This document shows, in pieces, positions 48,698-61,790 of a stretch of 64,000 nt of DNA. Position numbers and translations under genes: made by a program. Every line of letters begins with the position of its first letter. The first letter of the stretch is position 1. Below the pieces are notes generated by a model. That model was not told where the DNA came from. It was given only the letters and a program-made list of their open reading frames with translations, and did not search any database. Origin of the DNA: Lama guanicoe (lineage: Eukaryota); NCBI GenBank assembly GCA_013239625.1, contig MU054323.1:62001-126000 (forward strand). The letters run 5' to 3'.

Positions 48698-48870
48698 TCT
48701 GCCCTGTCCAGTACAGCAGCCACTAGCCACGTGTGGCTATTTCCACTTATATTAATTAAAATTAAAAATTCTGTTGTTTAATTGCACTGGCCACATGTTG
48801 TTCGTAGCTACTAAATGACAGCGCGGGACAGAAAGTCTGTTATCACAGAAGGTTCTATTGGACAGTGCGG
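48698..48870. mobile_element. MER3-like hAT element
   Basis: ctgtccagtacagcagccactagccacgtgtggctatt...ttctattggacagtgc; terminal inverted ctgtcca/tggacag. Confidence 0.75.
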
Positions 48871-49304
48871 TCTATTATTCAGGCAAAACCTCTCAGGGCC
48901 CAAACTGCTTCTGTTTTGTCTCAATTATTGGTAACTATACCTCCCCGAGACCGCTTTATTACATTAGTCTAGGTAAGCAAAATGAAGTGCAGTTTATACG
49001 GAGGGAAAATGTAGAATTAAAAAAAAAATTTATTGTTAATGAGAAAAAAAAGGAACTTTGTTTTAAATCTGCTGATGGGCTGATGTTTTTCAACTCTTTG
49101 CTATTTTGGGTGGCATATTTACAGCTTTGGGGATGAATAATCTTGATTATTTGGGGCTAGAAAACAAAATCTGCTTTCTCATTCCAGTAAGATAATTCCT
49201 CTGTCTGAATTAGCCAGGTGACTGCTTTGGCTGCTTGTCCTTAAGCTTCTAAAGGCAAGTGCACCTCAACTAGAGGCAGTAAGGGTCCTGGAGATGCCCC
49301 AGGT

Positions 49305-49318
49305 CTGCCACCTCCTGG
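49305..49318 (-). promoter_or_regulatory. CTCF-like binding motif
   Basis: Minus strand CCAGGAGGTGGCAG versus CCASYAGRKGGCRS (1 mismatch). Confidence 0.4.
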
Positions 49319-49779
49319 AGGGAGGCGGGGGGCCAAGCAGGGGTGGGAGGGCTTCGCTGAGGCCGCATGGCCAGCTTGGCACAGCCAGTCATCCTGACTC
49401 CTCCCCCAGCTCATTCTCCTTAGCAAACCATATTCAACCTCTCTCTTGACATTTACACCTTGGTTTAATGAGCTATAAAAAAAGGGGAAAGACTGGCCCT
49501 TGTGTGGCAGAAGGAGCTACTTCAAAGCCAAGCCAAACCAGGAGTTGGTGGGGCCACAGAGGTCCTGGGAGACATGGCCCTCGATCTGAATTGTAGGTCA
49601 ACCCCAAAGCAGAGCTTCTCAGCTTCTACAGTGGGAGGTGGGCTTTGCCTCCTAAGATGAGGGATTCCCCAGACATGAGAAGGGGGTTCAGATGGGGGAC
49701 AGCCCAAAAGAATGACAAATGCCCACTAACCTTCATCCACAGATGATGGTACCCACTACAATACTGCATCCCAGACGTC

Positions 49780-50750
49780 TCTTATACCTCCAGACCTCTG
49801 TATCTTACTCCCTGTTTAACATCTTTGGGGGGTATTTTCATAGCACCCCAAAATTGTCATGTCCAAAAACTAAACTGATGATCGTTCTTCTCAAATCTGA
49901 TCATCCCCAATATTCTCCAGGTCACTGAAGAGACCAGCATCGTCTCAGCTAAACAAGCCAGAAGCCCGGGCACTATCCCTGACCCCTCCCCCTCCCTCTC
50001 TTTCCATAGCAACCCACCACCAAGGTCTGTAGATTTTAACTCAAAAGCTCTCCCAAGTCTGTTCGCTTCTCTCCATGTGCTTAATCCCAGCTACTGCCAT
50101 GGCCAACCTGGACTGTTGCTATGGGCCCTGCCTGATGAACCAGTATTTACTTTTGCTCCCACCCCACCCCCATCCCAAGATGTTCTCCCCACTGAAGCCA
50201 GAGCATGCTCTTTGAAACGAAATCTGTATCATCTGTCTATTTTTAATTGTTTAATGATTTCCGTTGACCTTAAGAGAAAGTCAAAGCTCCTTTATTAACT
50301 CAAAGCCCTTACACGAGTTGCCCCTTCCTCTCGCGAGTCTCCCGCTGCCACCCTTCTCCTCTTCCCCCTCATTTCAGATACATCCTTTGGCATCTGTCAG
50401 TCTCTCTCAACGCCATGCTTCTGTCTCCCTTAGAGACTTTGCAGTTTGCTCTTCCTGAATCTCTCCTCTCCACCCCCAGGCCTGGCCCATTTAACGCCAC
50501 TCACACTTCCCGTCTCACCGCAAGCATTACCTCCTCGAGGGCATCATCCATGGCCTCCCTGTCAAGGTCAAACCCCAAGTACAGGTTCTCAGAGAACCGC
50601 GGAGCTCTCCTTCGGAGCCTATATTGCAGCAGCAACGTCACATGTATTTGTGTGATGACTGGACAAACGTCTTTCTCCCCGACCAGACTGTAAGCTCCAT
50701 GCTGACAGGGATCACAGGGGAATGACTCAGTGAGTGAACGAATGACTGAG
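49780..50750. mobile_element. L2 LINE remnant
   Basis: catgtccaaaaactaaactg, tgaagccagagcatgctctttgaaac, accagactgtaagctccatg. Confidence 0.75.
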
Positions 50751-50769
50751 CTGCACTGAGGAGTCGGTC

Positions 50770-51350
50770 ACACGTGGGTCTGAATCTTGGTTTCACTACT
50801 TCCTCTTAGTTGTGTGAACTTAAGCAAGTCATTTAATCCCTCTGAGACTCACTTTCATAATATGTAGAAGAAGGAGGAACTTAGGACAAATGAAATGATG
50901 GCCATAATGTGCCTAAAATACCTACTGTATCTGGTACATAGTAGGTGCTCGAGAAGTGTGGTCACCATCCAAACGCCCTTCCCATCAGAAGACAGGGCCT
51001 CCTACTCAGTATCCTGTTTTGGTTTCAACTGGCCTGAGTCTGCTGTTGCAACCAAAAGTCCTATATGGAATGTAGCTGCAGTCCAGGATAACAAAATAAA
51101 AGCACCAAGCTCCAAGTTTATGCCTCTCTTGCTTCTTTCTAGTACATTTTTTGAGTACAAACATTAGCTCATTTAATTCTATGGGCATGTCCACCCTCTG
51201 AGGCGTGTACCTTTATTATACCCACTCACCCAGGGATAACTGATACACAGCAAAGGTAAGTAACTTGTCCGAGGTCACACAGCTGCTAAGTGCCAGAGAC
51301 AGGACTCACACCCAAGCTGCCTTGCTTTTAACCCTTGCTCTCTGCTATTT
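50770..51350. mobile_element. Two MIR SINEs in opposite orientations
   Basis: gcaagtcatttaatccctctgagactcac (50820-50860) and aagtaacttgtccgaggtcacacagctg (51260-51290). Confidence 0.7.
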
Positions 51351-52074
51351 TATCTGAAGTTTAATTAGCCTCAAAGCATTTACAAGGTAAATAAACAAAA
51401 TGCTTGCAAAATGTTACATAAACCACTCTTTCTACAACCACTATCACCAGGAAGATCCAAATTATGTAAAAGGAAAAAAAGTATGTTTCCTTATCACATG
51501 CATAGAAAAAAGACATGAAAGGAATAAATACACCAAAACAATGAATATATAGAATTATATATAGTTCATTTTTTTCTTTTTTCACTGATTTCCCATGTTT
51601 TCTACACTATAAAATGTATTACTATTATAATCTAAAGAAACATAAACTTTCCTGAAAAGTAAGTGAATTTCCTAGTAGTCAAAAAAGAAAAAGAAAGAGG
51701 GAAAGATATGAAGAAAAACCACTGTAATCAGAATCCAAACAGGAAAGGAGGAAGGGAGTGCGACACGGCTCTTCTACTGAGAGCTTTGTTGGATGAGTCC
51801 GATCTTTGTGGACCTGTGCAACAGCTGAAATTCTCATTTTCAGGCAAAGCTCTCTTGGAATTTTCAGTAATAAATAACCTTGACCCACAATGAGCCCACT
51901 CAATAGTGAGTAATATTACACAGCAGTTGAGCATGAGTTTGGTTCCTGGGAAAAGCCCTAACAGGGAGGGAGAGGACATCAGAGCTCTAGCCTGAGCCTG
52001 GCTGCCCCCTCACCACGTGCCTTGGAAAATCTATAGCCTCTTCATCTGCCAAATGGGCTGAATCTGCTTCATTA

Positions 52075-52254
52075 CATTTTTTTAAAAAATTGAAGTATAG
52101 TCAGTTACAATGTGTCAATTTCTGGTGTTCAGCATAATGTCCCAGTCATGCACACACACACACACACACACGCACACACACATGTATTTGTTTTCACATT
52201 CTTTTTAATTAAAGGTTATTACAAGATACTGAATACAGTTCCCTGTGCTGTACA
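52075..52254 (-). mobile_element. L1 3' end fragment containing (CA)n
   Basis: attgaagtatagtcagttacaatgtg...tacagttccctgtgctgtacag; probable TSD gcttcRtta at 52066-52074 and 52255-52263. Confidence 0.8.
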
Positions 52255-52574
52255 GCTTCGTTAACTTTTGATCTGCTGTGAGTTGCAAGAAAGATAGCAA
52301 ACCCTCACTATTGTGAGGCTTCACATAGATGAACTCATTTATGCTTCAGGACAATCCTGCAAGTTAGAAAGGATTATCACCCCCATTGTACAGATGAGGA
52401 AAATGAGGCACTCTACCCAGGGCCATATGATTGATAAATGTAGAGCCAGGACTCAAATCCAGGCAATCTGGCTGTCTATTGAGTTACATGTGGTCATAAT
52501 CATGATGCCAAGGGACATTGCTCAGCTTTGGGATACAACATTAGAAAGAGCTTGGGATATTTCAAAACACTGAA

Positions 52575-52617
52575 GAAAGGAAGGAAGGAAGGAAGGAAGG
52601 AAGGAAGGAAGGAAGGA

Positions 52618-52676
<59 letters not shown>

Positions 52677-52788
52677 GACGGAAGGAAGGAAGGAAGGAAG
52701 AAAGGAAGGAAGAAAGAAAGAAAAAGGAAAAAAGGAAGAAAGGAAGAAAGAAAGAAAAGGAAAGAAAGAAAGAAGCAAGCAAGCAAGC
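52575..52788. repeat. Compound (GAAG)n/(GAAA)n microsatellite
   Basis: About 210 nt of nearly pure purine tetranucleotide repeats. Confidence 0.97.
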
Positions 52789-54629
52789 TGTTAGTTTAGG
52801 GGCATTTTAAAGGAAATGGCTTCTTGGTTTGGGGCAATGTTTGAGAATGCTTAGTGATTAGGAAATAGGTATTAACCTAGGAAAGGCTGCACATAAATAA
52901 AACATTTCCATCTCTCACTGGGGAAAAAAAGTTTCCACCAGGAACACAGGAGATTCCCCAAACAGGAAGAGAGACTCCTTCCTTAATAAAGTGGTGATTT
53001 TGTGTTTATATGTCCTGCTCCAGTAATCTGCCTTTCAGACAGCAGACAGATCATTTAATTAGGTTTATGAAAACTGCTTGGGCAAAGCAACCTTGAAACT
53101 CCCTTCTTCCCTCCATACGTCTATCTGTCCGTCAGTGCATCAGCTGAGCAGAAATTTGGTGTAAGTCCTATGCTGGACCCACACTCCAAAGTTGAGTTAG
53201 TTGCCTTTGATGGAAACTGGATATTGTCTCTAAGACTCCTTGGTGGAAGAGACCTAAAAAGGTCACCTGGTTCACCTCCTTCCCCACTTACTCTCTTCCA
53301 CCTAAACTGTTGCCAACAGATGAGGTGAACTTCTATTTGCAGGGACCTCCAGGGAAGAGGAGTATCTGGCCTCTCCCGGGGAAGCCCTCATCAGTCCTTA
53401 ATCAGAATGTTTAGGGCCCGTGGGAGAGCTGCAGCAGAGGCCAGCTTATCAAGGTGGGATTTATTTACTTACTGTCCAAATCGTTTCACATCAGATTGGC
53501 TTGTTGCTCTCTCGGCTCACCGGCTGGAGAGCGGAGGTGACAGATCACTCCATTGCTTACTTAACCAACCATAAACAGGACTTAAAAGAAGGGAGTCGGC
53601 TGCACACAGCGCATCTTTGGAGATTCTGACATGCATCAAGTTGATGGCAAACTTCTGCTCATTATCTCAAAACACCTTTTCTCCTTTTGCCCTTTTTTGT
53701 TCCCAAAGGAAGGCATTTTCCTTAGAAAACTCATGAGTTTTCCTCCAAAGAGAGCAGTAGAATGATGTGGATCAAAGCCAGAAAGTGGTGTGCAGTCCAA
53801 ATGGCCTGGGGCTGTGGAAGGTTTTCTTTCCCACATATGTGCACCTAAGGGCAGGAGGCAGCTCACCAAATCTTGGGGCACTTTAAGTTTATCAGTTTGC
53901 CAACACCCCTTAAACTTTAACGGAGTCTCTTACTATCCACAATTTGGACTGTGAGAGGATTAAGTTGTAATGAAGTCATGGTATCTACATAATGGATTGA
54001 TCCCTATACATATGCAGGAGTTGCACATTCCAAATTTCATGGAATCATTTCAGTTTAAGGTATTTTGCTTTTCTTCTAATTGCCCCTCCCCCAACACACT
54101 CTCTCCTCTCCCAATAAGGGAGTAAATGGAATGCTGGCTGTTCCCTGGCTGCAGCCCAGTGGGGACTTCGGGGTGCCCTCTCCTGCGGGCTCCCTGGGAG
54201 TCAAAGCAGACAGATACTGACCAGGCTCTCAACTTCCCTGCTGTGTGACATTATTTGGGATGTCATTTAACACGTTGTCAAGATCTTCTTAGGGCCCTGG
54301 GGACTCATGCCATTTCTTCTCCAGTCTCACATCACTGGGGTGATGGAAAGATACAAATTATTCCATGGTCTGAAGATTCAGGTTTTAAATCCCTGAAGCA
54401 TGTATTTGGTGTGATTATAAGTCCTTTGGCTTCTCAGTCTGTAAAATGAGGACAAAACAGGAATTAGGTGCCTGGGGCAGAGTATTATCAGCTCTTGGCC
54501 TTCTCTCTCCCTTGAGGATGTCAAGTCAGTGTCTTCTCAGACCTGGAAATTTTGAATGAAAAATATCTCCTTGTTCCTCCACTTCCTAGCAGGTACAAAG
54601 AACAATACAAACAGTCTGGTGTCTTCTCA

Positions 54630-55205
54630 GTCAATTAAATGTAGAATTAGCACATGACCCACCAATCCCCCTCCTAGGTCTCTGCCGAAAGAATTGAAAA
54701 CAATTCTTATTGTTCTGTTTCAACAAAAACTTGCACTAGTTCACAGCAGCATTAATCACAAGAGCCAAAAGGTAGAAACAACCCAAATGTCCATCAGCTA
54801 ATAAATGGATAACCCAAATGTGATCCATCCATACAATGGAACATTATTCAGCCATAAAACAGAATGAAGTACATGTTGTTCCATGGATGAACCTTGACAA
54901 TTTTATGTTACATGAAAATGAAGGACACATAAAAAAAATCACATATTGTATGATTCCACTGAAATGTCCCAGAGTAGCCAAATCCATAGAGATGGAAAGT
55001 AGATTGATTGTCAGGGTTTGAGAGAGAGAGAGGAAAATGGGTAGTGGCTTCTTAATGGGCATGAGGCTTCTTTTTGGGGTGATGAGAATGTTCTGGACCT
55101 AGATAGTACAACATTATGAATATACTAAATGCCACTGAATTGTACACTCTAAAATGGTTCAAATGGTAAATTATATGTTATATGAATTTTACCATATTAT
55201 TTTTT
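54630..55205 (+). mobile_element. L1MA/MB-type 3'UTR
   Basis: gaaacaacccaaatgtccatca, ggaacattattcagccataaaa, aatgccactgaattgtacact. Confidence 0.85.
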
Positions 55206-55249
55206 AAAGGGATGTATTAAGAAAGAAAATTGATATTAAAAATATATTT

Positions 55250-57744
55250 AAAAAGAATATTACAGACCAACATCTTTGATGAACATAGATGCAAAAATCC
55301 TCAACAAAATACTAGCAAACCAAATTCAGTAATGCATTAAAAGGATCCTACACCATGATCAAATGAGATTTATCTCAGGAATCTAAGGATTTTTTAATAT
55401 CTGAAAGTCAATCAATGTGATACATTACATTAACAAACTGAAGAATAAAAACCATACTATCATCTCAATAGACGCAGAAAAAAAATTGTTAAAATTCAAC
55501 ATCCATTTATGATAAAAACTCTTCAGAAGCTGGGCACAGAGAAAACATATCTCAACATAATAAAGGCCATACAGGACAAATCCACAGCTAACATCACACT
55601 CAGTGAGGAAAAGCTGAAAGGATTTCTTCTAAGATCAGGAACAAGACAAGGATGCCCACTCTCACCATTTTTATTCAGCATAGTTTTGTTAAGTGCTAGC
55701 CATAGCAATCAGAGAAGAAAAAGAAATAAAAGGAAACTAAATTGGAAAAGAAGAAGTAAAATTGTCACTGTTTGCAGAAGATATGATATAATACACAGAA
55801 AATCCTAAAGATGCTTTCAGAAAACTACTATAGCTCATCAACGAATCTGGCAAAGTTGCAGGATACATAATCAATATGTAGAAATCTGTTGCATTTCTAT
55901 ATATTAACAATGAAATATCAGAAAAAGAAATGAAAGAAACAATTCCATTTACCATCACATCATAAAGAATGAAATACCTAGGAATAAACTTACTTAAGGG
56001 GGCAAAAGACCTGTACTCTGAAAATTATGACACTGATTAAAGAAATTGAAGATGACACAAACAGATGGAAAGATATACCATGTTCCTGGATTAGAAGAAT
56101 CAACGTTGTTAAAATGGCCATACTACCCAAGGCAATCTTCAGATTCAGTGCAGTCCTTATCAAAATACCAATGACATTTTTCACAGAACTGGAACAAAAA
56201 TTTTTTAAATTTGTATGGAAACACAAAAGAATAGCCAAAACAATCTTGAGAAAGAAGACTGGAGCTGGAGGACTCAGGCTCCCTGACTTCAGACTATACT
56301 ACAAAGCTTCAGTGATCAAAACAGTATGGTACTGGTACAAACACATAGATCAATGGAACAGGTTAGAAAGCCCAGAAATAAACCCGGGCACGTATGGTCA
56401 ATCAGTCTATGAGAAAGGAGGCAAGAATATACAGTGGAGAAAAGACAGTCTCTTCAATAAGTGGTGCTGGTAAAAGTGGACAGCTACACGGAAAGCAATG
56501 TAATTAGAACATTCCCTAACACCATATACAAAAATAAACTCAAAATAAATTAAAGACCTAAATGTAAGACCAGATAACCTAAAACTCCTAGAGGAAAACA
56601 TAAGTAGAAACACTCTTAGACATAAATCGCAGCAATGTTTTTTTGGACGCATCTCCTAGAGTAACGAAATAAGAGCAAAAATAAACAAATGGGACCTAGT
56701 TAAACTTAAAAGATTTTGCACAGCAAAGGAAACTGTAAACAAAATGCAAAGGCAACCTACAGAATGGTAGAAAATATCTGCAAACGATGTGACCTACAAG
56801 GGATTAATTTCCAATATATACAAACAGCTCATACAGCTTAATATCAAAAAAACCCAAACAATCCAATCAATAAATGGGCAGAAGACCTAAATAGACATTT
56901 CTCCAAAGAAGATATATGGATAGCCAATAAACACAAGAAAAGATGTTCAACATCGTTAGTTATTAGAGAAACGCAAATCAAAACTACAAAGAGGCATCAC
57001 CTTCCACCAGTCAGAATGGCCATCGTTAAAAAGTCTACAAATGAAAGCTGGAGAGGGTGTGGAGAAAAGGTAACCTTCTTACACTGTTGATGGGAATGAA
57101 AACTGGTGCAGCCACTGTGGAAAACAGTACGAAGTTTCCTTAAAACTCCTAGGCATATATCCAGAGAAAACTCTAATATGAAAAGACACATGCACCCCAA
57201 TGTTCATAGCAGCACTGTTCACAATAGCCAATACACGGAAGCAAACTAAATGTCCACCGACTGATGACTGGATAAAGATGTGATATATATACAATGAAAT
57301 TTACTCAGCCATGAAAAAGTATGAAATAATGCCACTTGCAGTGACATGGATGGATCTACAGATGATCATATTAAGTGACGTAAGTCAGATAAAGACAAAT
57401 ATCACATGATATCACTTATATGTGGAGTCTAAAAAAAATGATACAAATACACTTATTTACAGACCAGAAATAGACTCACCGACATAGAAAACAAACTGTG
57501 GTTATCAAAGGGGAAAGGGGGGAGGGATAAATTAGGAGTTTGGGATTAATACATACACACCACTACATATAAGATAGAAAAACAACAAGGACCTACTGTA
57601 TAGCACGGGGAACTGTATTCAGTACCTTGTAATAACCTATAATGGAAAAGTTATATATGTACATAACTGAATCATTTTGCAGTACACCTGAAATGAACAC
57701 AACATTGTAAATCAACTATACTTCAATTCAAAAAAAAAAAAAAA
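55250..57744 (+). mobile_element. 5'-truncated L1: disrupted ORF2 (RT and C-terminus), 3'UTR and poly(A)
   Basis: [11 protein letters not shown] (ORF 55509..55808), WKDIPCSWI...[10 protein letters not shown] (ORF 56027..56473), frameshifts and stops, A-tail at 57730-57744. Confidence 0.95.
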
Positions 57745-60248
57745 GGCTACAGCAGTGGGCCTCTATCACACACTGCTGTCATGTTGGCGAATGCTGTTTT
57801 TAAAATCTGGCCTGAGCCTTCTCCTCAGACGACACATCGCCGTGGAAAGATGTCTTTCCGCACAGCTCCCCCTTGTACCCGCTCCAGGCAGCATCCCCGC
57901 TCCCCAGGCCCCCGGCACACACAGCCTGTGTGTATCCGCCTGCCCAGCCGTAGGGTCTCCACGCCGCTAGACAAAGACCCTTTCTTTCCCCGTGGTCAGG
58001 AGGAGCCGAGGGGGCACAGTGGATGCATAAACATGGGCAGGAAGGCAGGCCGCCTGAAAGCTTCCAAAAGCCCCTTTCTGACAAGTGAAAAATGTTGGGG
58101 ACTTGAAGTCACAGGCCAGGCTTTTAACAACCCTCAGCGTATTTATTTAACCCAGTAAATACGTTTATTAGCAGGGCCGCCTCCTTTGTAGAGCAGGTAA
58201 TGGATTCCCCATATGTTTCTGCTTTGCAGACCCGGGCAGGGCGGCCAACACCTAGCCAGCCTCCTCCAGCCTCCGAGGTGGAGGCTGGGAGTGCTGCCAC
58301 TTTACCGTGTGTGTAATTACACGACTCCCCGAGAGAAGGAAATCCCGGGGCTGCGGCCTTAACTAGCCCCATATTGCACGACCGAAGGGCATGTCTCGGA
58401 GGGGGGGACAAGAGAGGTAATAAAGCTTTCACATTATTAACTTTTTCCTTCTGAAAAGAAGCCTGAAAAATGCCATTGCACCACATTAAAGGGCTTACGT
58501 GAGAGCTGCCACTGCCTAATGAGGGGCTTGGACCCTGGGCCACATGCGAAGGCTTCGAGGGGCCCTTGGAGTGGAACCTTGATGTCGAGCCAGCCCGGGG
58601 GGCACCGGTGCAAGGCAGGGCGGGGGTTGGGCTGAGGTTTGCACCTGACTTGGGGGCCGCGGGCCCAGACGGGCAGGATGTCACCCAGGGTGGGCAGAGC
58701 TGAGCCTTCACCTCTCTGCGTGGCCCTGGGGTCATGGCTGAACAAGCATCGGTTTCTTCCCTCCGGGAGCTGAGGACACCGTGCGGGAGGTGACATGGAT
58801 GCAGGCCGGTGTGATCAGAGTGATCCGTGTCAGAACAGGTGTGGAAAGCACCGAGCAGTGAGACGGAAGGTGTGATGGACTATGTCAGGGCCGAGGCCCC
58901 CCAGAGAGTACGATGTGGGGGCCGGGACCCCCAGGGTGAACGGTGGTGTCACCAAAGACGCCACCTGCAGCCTTTTTCCCAGATTCCAGCCATCCCACCC
59001 CACGGGCCAATGAAAGGATTTTTTTACTGTTTTAATTTGTTTTGATGGTTTGGCAGGGGGGCAAATTTCCTCCCTGGGCATTCCAGTTAAGTCCAGCTGT
59101 CACAAGAGTCTGTTACGGGGCAACAGAAGGACCAGGCGCTAGGAGTGACGACAAGCCGGTTTGGCGCTGAGAGCTTGTCTTGCAAGTCTTGTGACCCTGT
59201 TGGGCCCCTCTGCTCTTACGCTCTCAGGGCCCGAATGGTTGACTCTGAGCTCTCTCAGCCACACTGTGCGGCTCTGTGCAGAGGAGGGATGGGGAGCAGA
59301 AGTCAGCAACCAGGGTGAGAACCTCTTCTTCCCAGCCTCTCCCACCCTCTCCCACCGATCTGAGGACAGCCATCCTTGCGTGAGAAGAAAAGCAGGGCAC
59401 AGCCCTGGGTTTGGAGGATGGAGAAAAATCATGTCTAGACCCTAGAATTTGTCTTCTGGTGCAGAACCTTCCTCTGGTCCTCTGATCTGTTGGGCCATTT
59501 TGCAGGCAGCCTGCCAGGTCAGGTCCAGGGAGAATTCACCAGCCCTGCTCTCAGGAAATCTGTCTTCTCTCTGAGAGCTCCTGGGAGCAGGGGGCAGCTT
59601 TTCTATTTACTTGCCCACTGTAATTCTGAGTTCATGTTCGTGTCAAAAACAGACCCTGATCCAGAACAGCTGCGTTCAGTTGTGCGGGTTGGGCACTGAC
59701 CAATTCATGGGGGTCGGGAGTGCAGGAATTCATGTAGATTATACATCTATGTGACGAAGTGGCCTTGGAGTCGTGCAGCATGAAGGCCCTGCTGACCAAT
59801 GGAAATGCCAGCACGTGAGAGCTGGCAGTGCCTACTGCACACTCGCTTGCAGACGGGGAGACTGCAGTCCAGGGAGGCTTGGTTCAATTGATATTCACTT
59901 TGCCCCTACAATTGATAAAGCTTTTCTATGCCTTATCTCATGGACTCTCTTTGTGGGAGCAGGCAGGCATTAAGAATTCCATGCATGGGTAAAGTGAGGA
60001 CCACACAGGAGAAGGGGCATGCCCAGTGGTGCACAGCCAGGCAGGTTGTGGCAGGACCAGGGCCTGGGTCTCCAGATACCTTGTCAAGTGCTCTGGTCAC
60101 GAGACCATGCTGCTCATGAGGCTGACTGGCTCATCATGTCTCCTTGACAGGTGAAGCATCTTCAGGTAGCTGCTCTGATAGACTTCAAGAGGTAAATTTG
60201 GGTTCAAATTCCAACTCTGCTAGCTGATTGCTCATGAGCAAGTTACGT

Positions 60249-60365
60249 CATTCATTCATTCATTCATTCATTCATTCCAGAAGTACCCATAAGGAGCCTG
60301 CTGTGTGCCAGGCATGAATCTGGGCACTGGGAACACCGTAGTAAACAACACACACACACACACAC
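60249..60365. repeat. (TTCA)n L2-type tail and (CA)n
   Basis: cattcattcattc... followed by L2-like sequence and acacacac. Confidence 0.8.
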
Positions 60366-61599
60366 ATCCCCACACTACGTGCTCCGTCGCTGGGCGGGCC
60401 ACCTGCCCATTCTCCTTGTGCTTTGTGGATGCAGCCAGGCTGTGACCTTTCCCCAGGGAGCAGAGGAGGAGGTCAAATTCTCTCTATGGGCAGCCTCAGC
60501 CCTTGGGAGCAGGCAAGGGAGGCGTGGGAAAACGTACCCATTCATCCCTGTGCTTACACTTCCTGGCCTGGGGTAGCTGAGCATTGTCATGCTCGAGCTG
60601 GTGATAATATATTCCGCCGCCAAGTGCTCGTAACATCCGTGCTTGTCTTGGTGAATGATTTTCCCTGAGACACGGAGCATTTCCTGTACCAGGCACCGCG
60701 CGTTGTTTATTTATAAGGTCACTGAAGGAAGGGAGATGCCAGTTTCCTCAGATGTGAACTGGGGGTGGGGAGGGCCTTGGAAGAGTGCTTCATCCATAGA
60801 TTGTAATCATTCCATTAAAATGTCTGCGAGTGACCTCGAACAGTGCTCGGTGCATAGTAGGCAATAAGAAAAAAATGCTACCAATTTTCATGTGTGTTAT
60901 TATTGGAGGCATCAAATTCTATACATGAAAGGAACGTGTCTTTGCTTGCAAAAGATTCCAATGCCTGCCAAACCCTACTCCACCACTTTTTTCAGAGGGG
61001 GACTTTTCAGGTAAGATCTGGAATAGAGAGGCTTGATGGTCTTAATATAAACTTTCTACCTCCCCTGCCAGGCAAACTCCAGTCCTCATTAGTCTAAAAC
61101 AGTCCCTGCCTCCTCCAGGAAGCTTTCCTGGGGGCGGGGGAAGCAGTTTTCTGTGAAAAAGGAGAAATTGGAAAAGTCCCACTGAGGCTTCTGTGCTGGA
61201 ATTCTCTGAGATGTTTGCATGTTTGCCCATCAAAGGCTGCATGTTGAGACAGTTGAGGGCTGGAAGATGAAAAGAATTTGTGGGTAGCAGGGAATTGGTA
61301 AATGTACGGAATGGCTTCCTAGAAACATGCTTAAGAAGAAAAAAGTGAACGGCGAGTGAGTGCAAAGGATGATTTTTCCCTCCAGAAAGTCTGCTCATGC
61401 TTTGATGGGATCTAAATCACTTGAGAAGCAGGAGAAGGTGATGCTTCTGGAAACATCAAAGGGGCTTTTGTTTTCACTCTCAGGAGCACTCAGGGAGTGA
61501 TACAACTTCATGTGATGTCATAACATCAACTAATGCATATTGATTGTCTTCCTCATTATATAAATGAGGTGACTGAGACTCATAATATGTCGATGTGAG

Positions 61600-61790
61600 G
61601 ATTATGGAGTGAAATTACCTGGATTCAAATCCCAGCACGGCCACCATTATCTACAGATGACTTGGGGAAGGTTACCTATTCTCTGTGCCTCAGTTTTCCC
61701 ATCTGTAAAGTGGGAATAATAAATAGCACAGGGTTGTTGCAGAAGCTTAGAAGAGTGCCTGGCACAAAATCAGCACTAGGTAAATGGTAC
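61600..61790. mobile_element. MIR SINE
   Basis: cctggattcaaatcccagc...ctctgtgcctcagttttcccatctgtaaagtgggaataat. Confidence 0.85.

Noticed and set aside
52500..52794. Phe/Leu/Ser-rich and Lys/Glu/Arg-rich ORFs
   Set aside because: Translations of the GAAA/GAAG microsatellite.
55250..57744. Active reverse-transcriptase gene
   Set aside because: 5'-truncated L1 with frameshifts and stops; the catalytic motif reads FAED.
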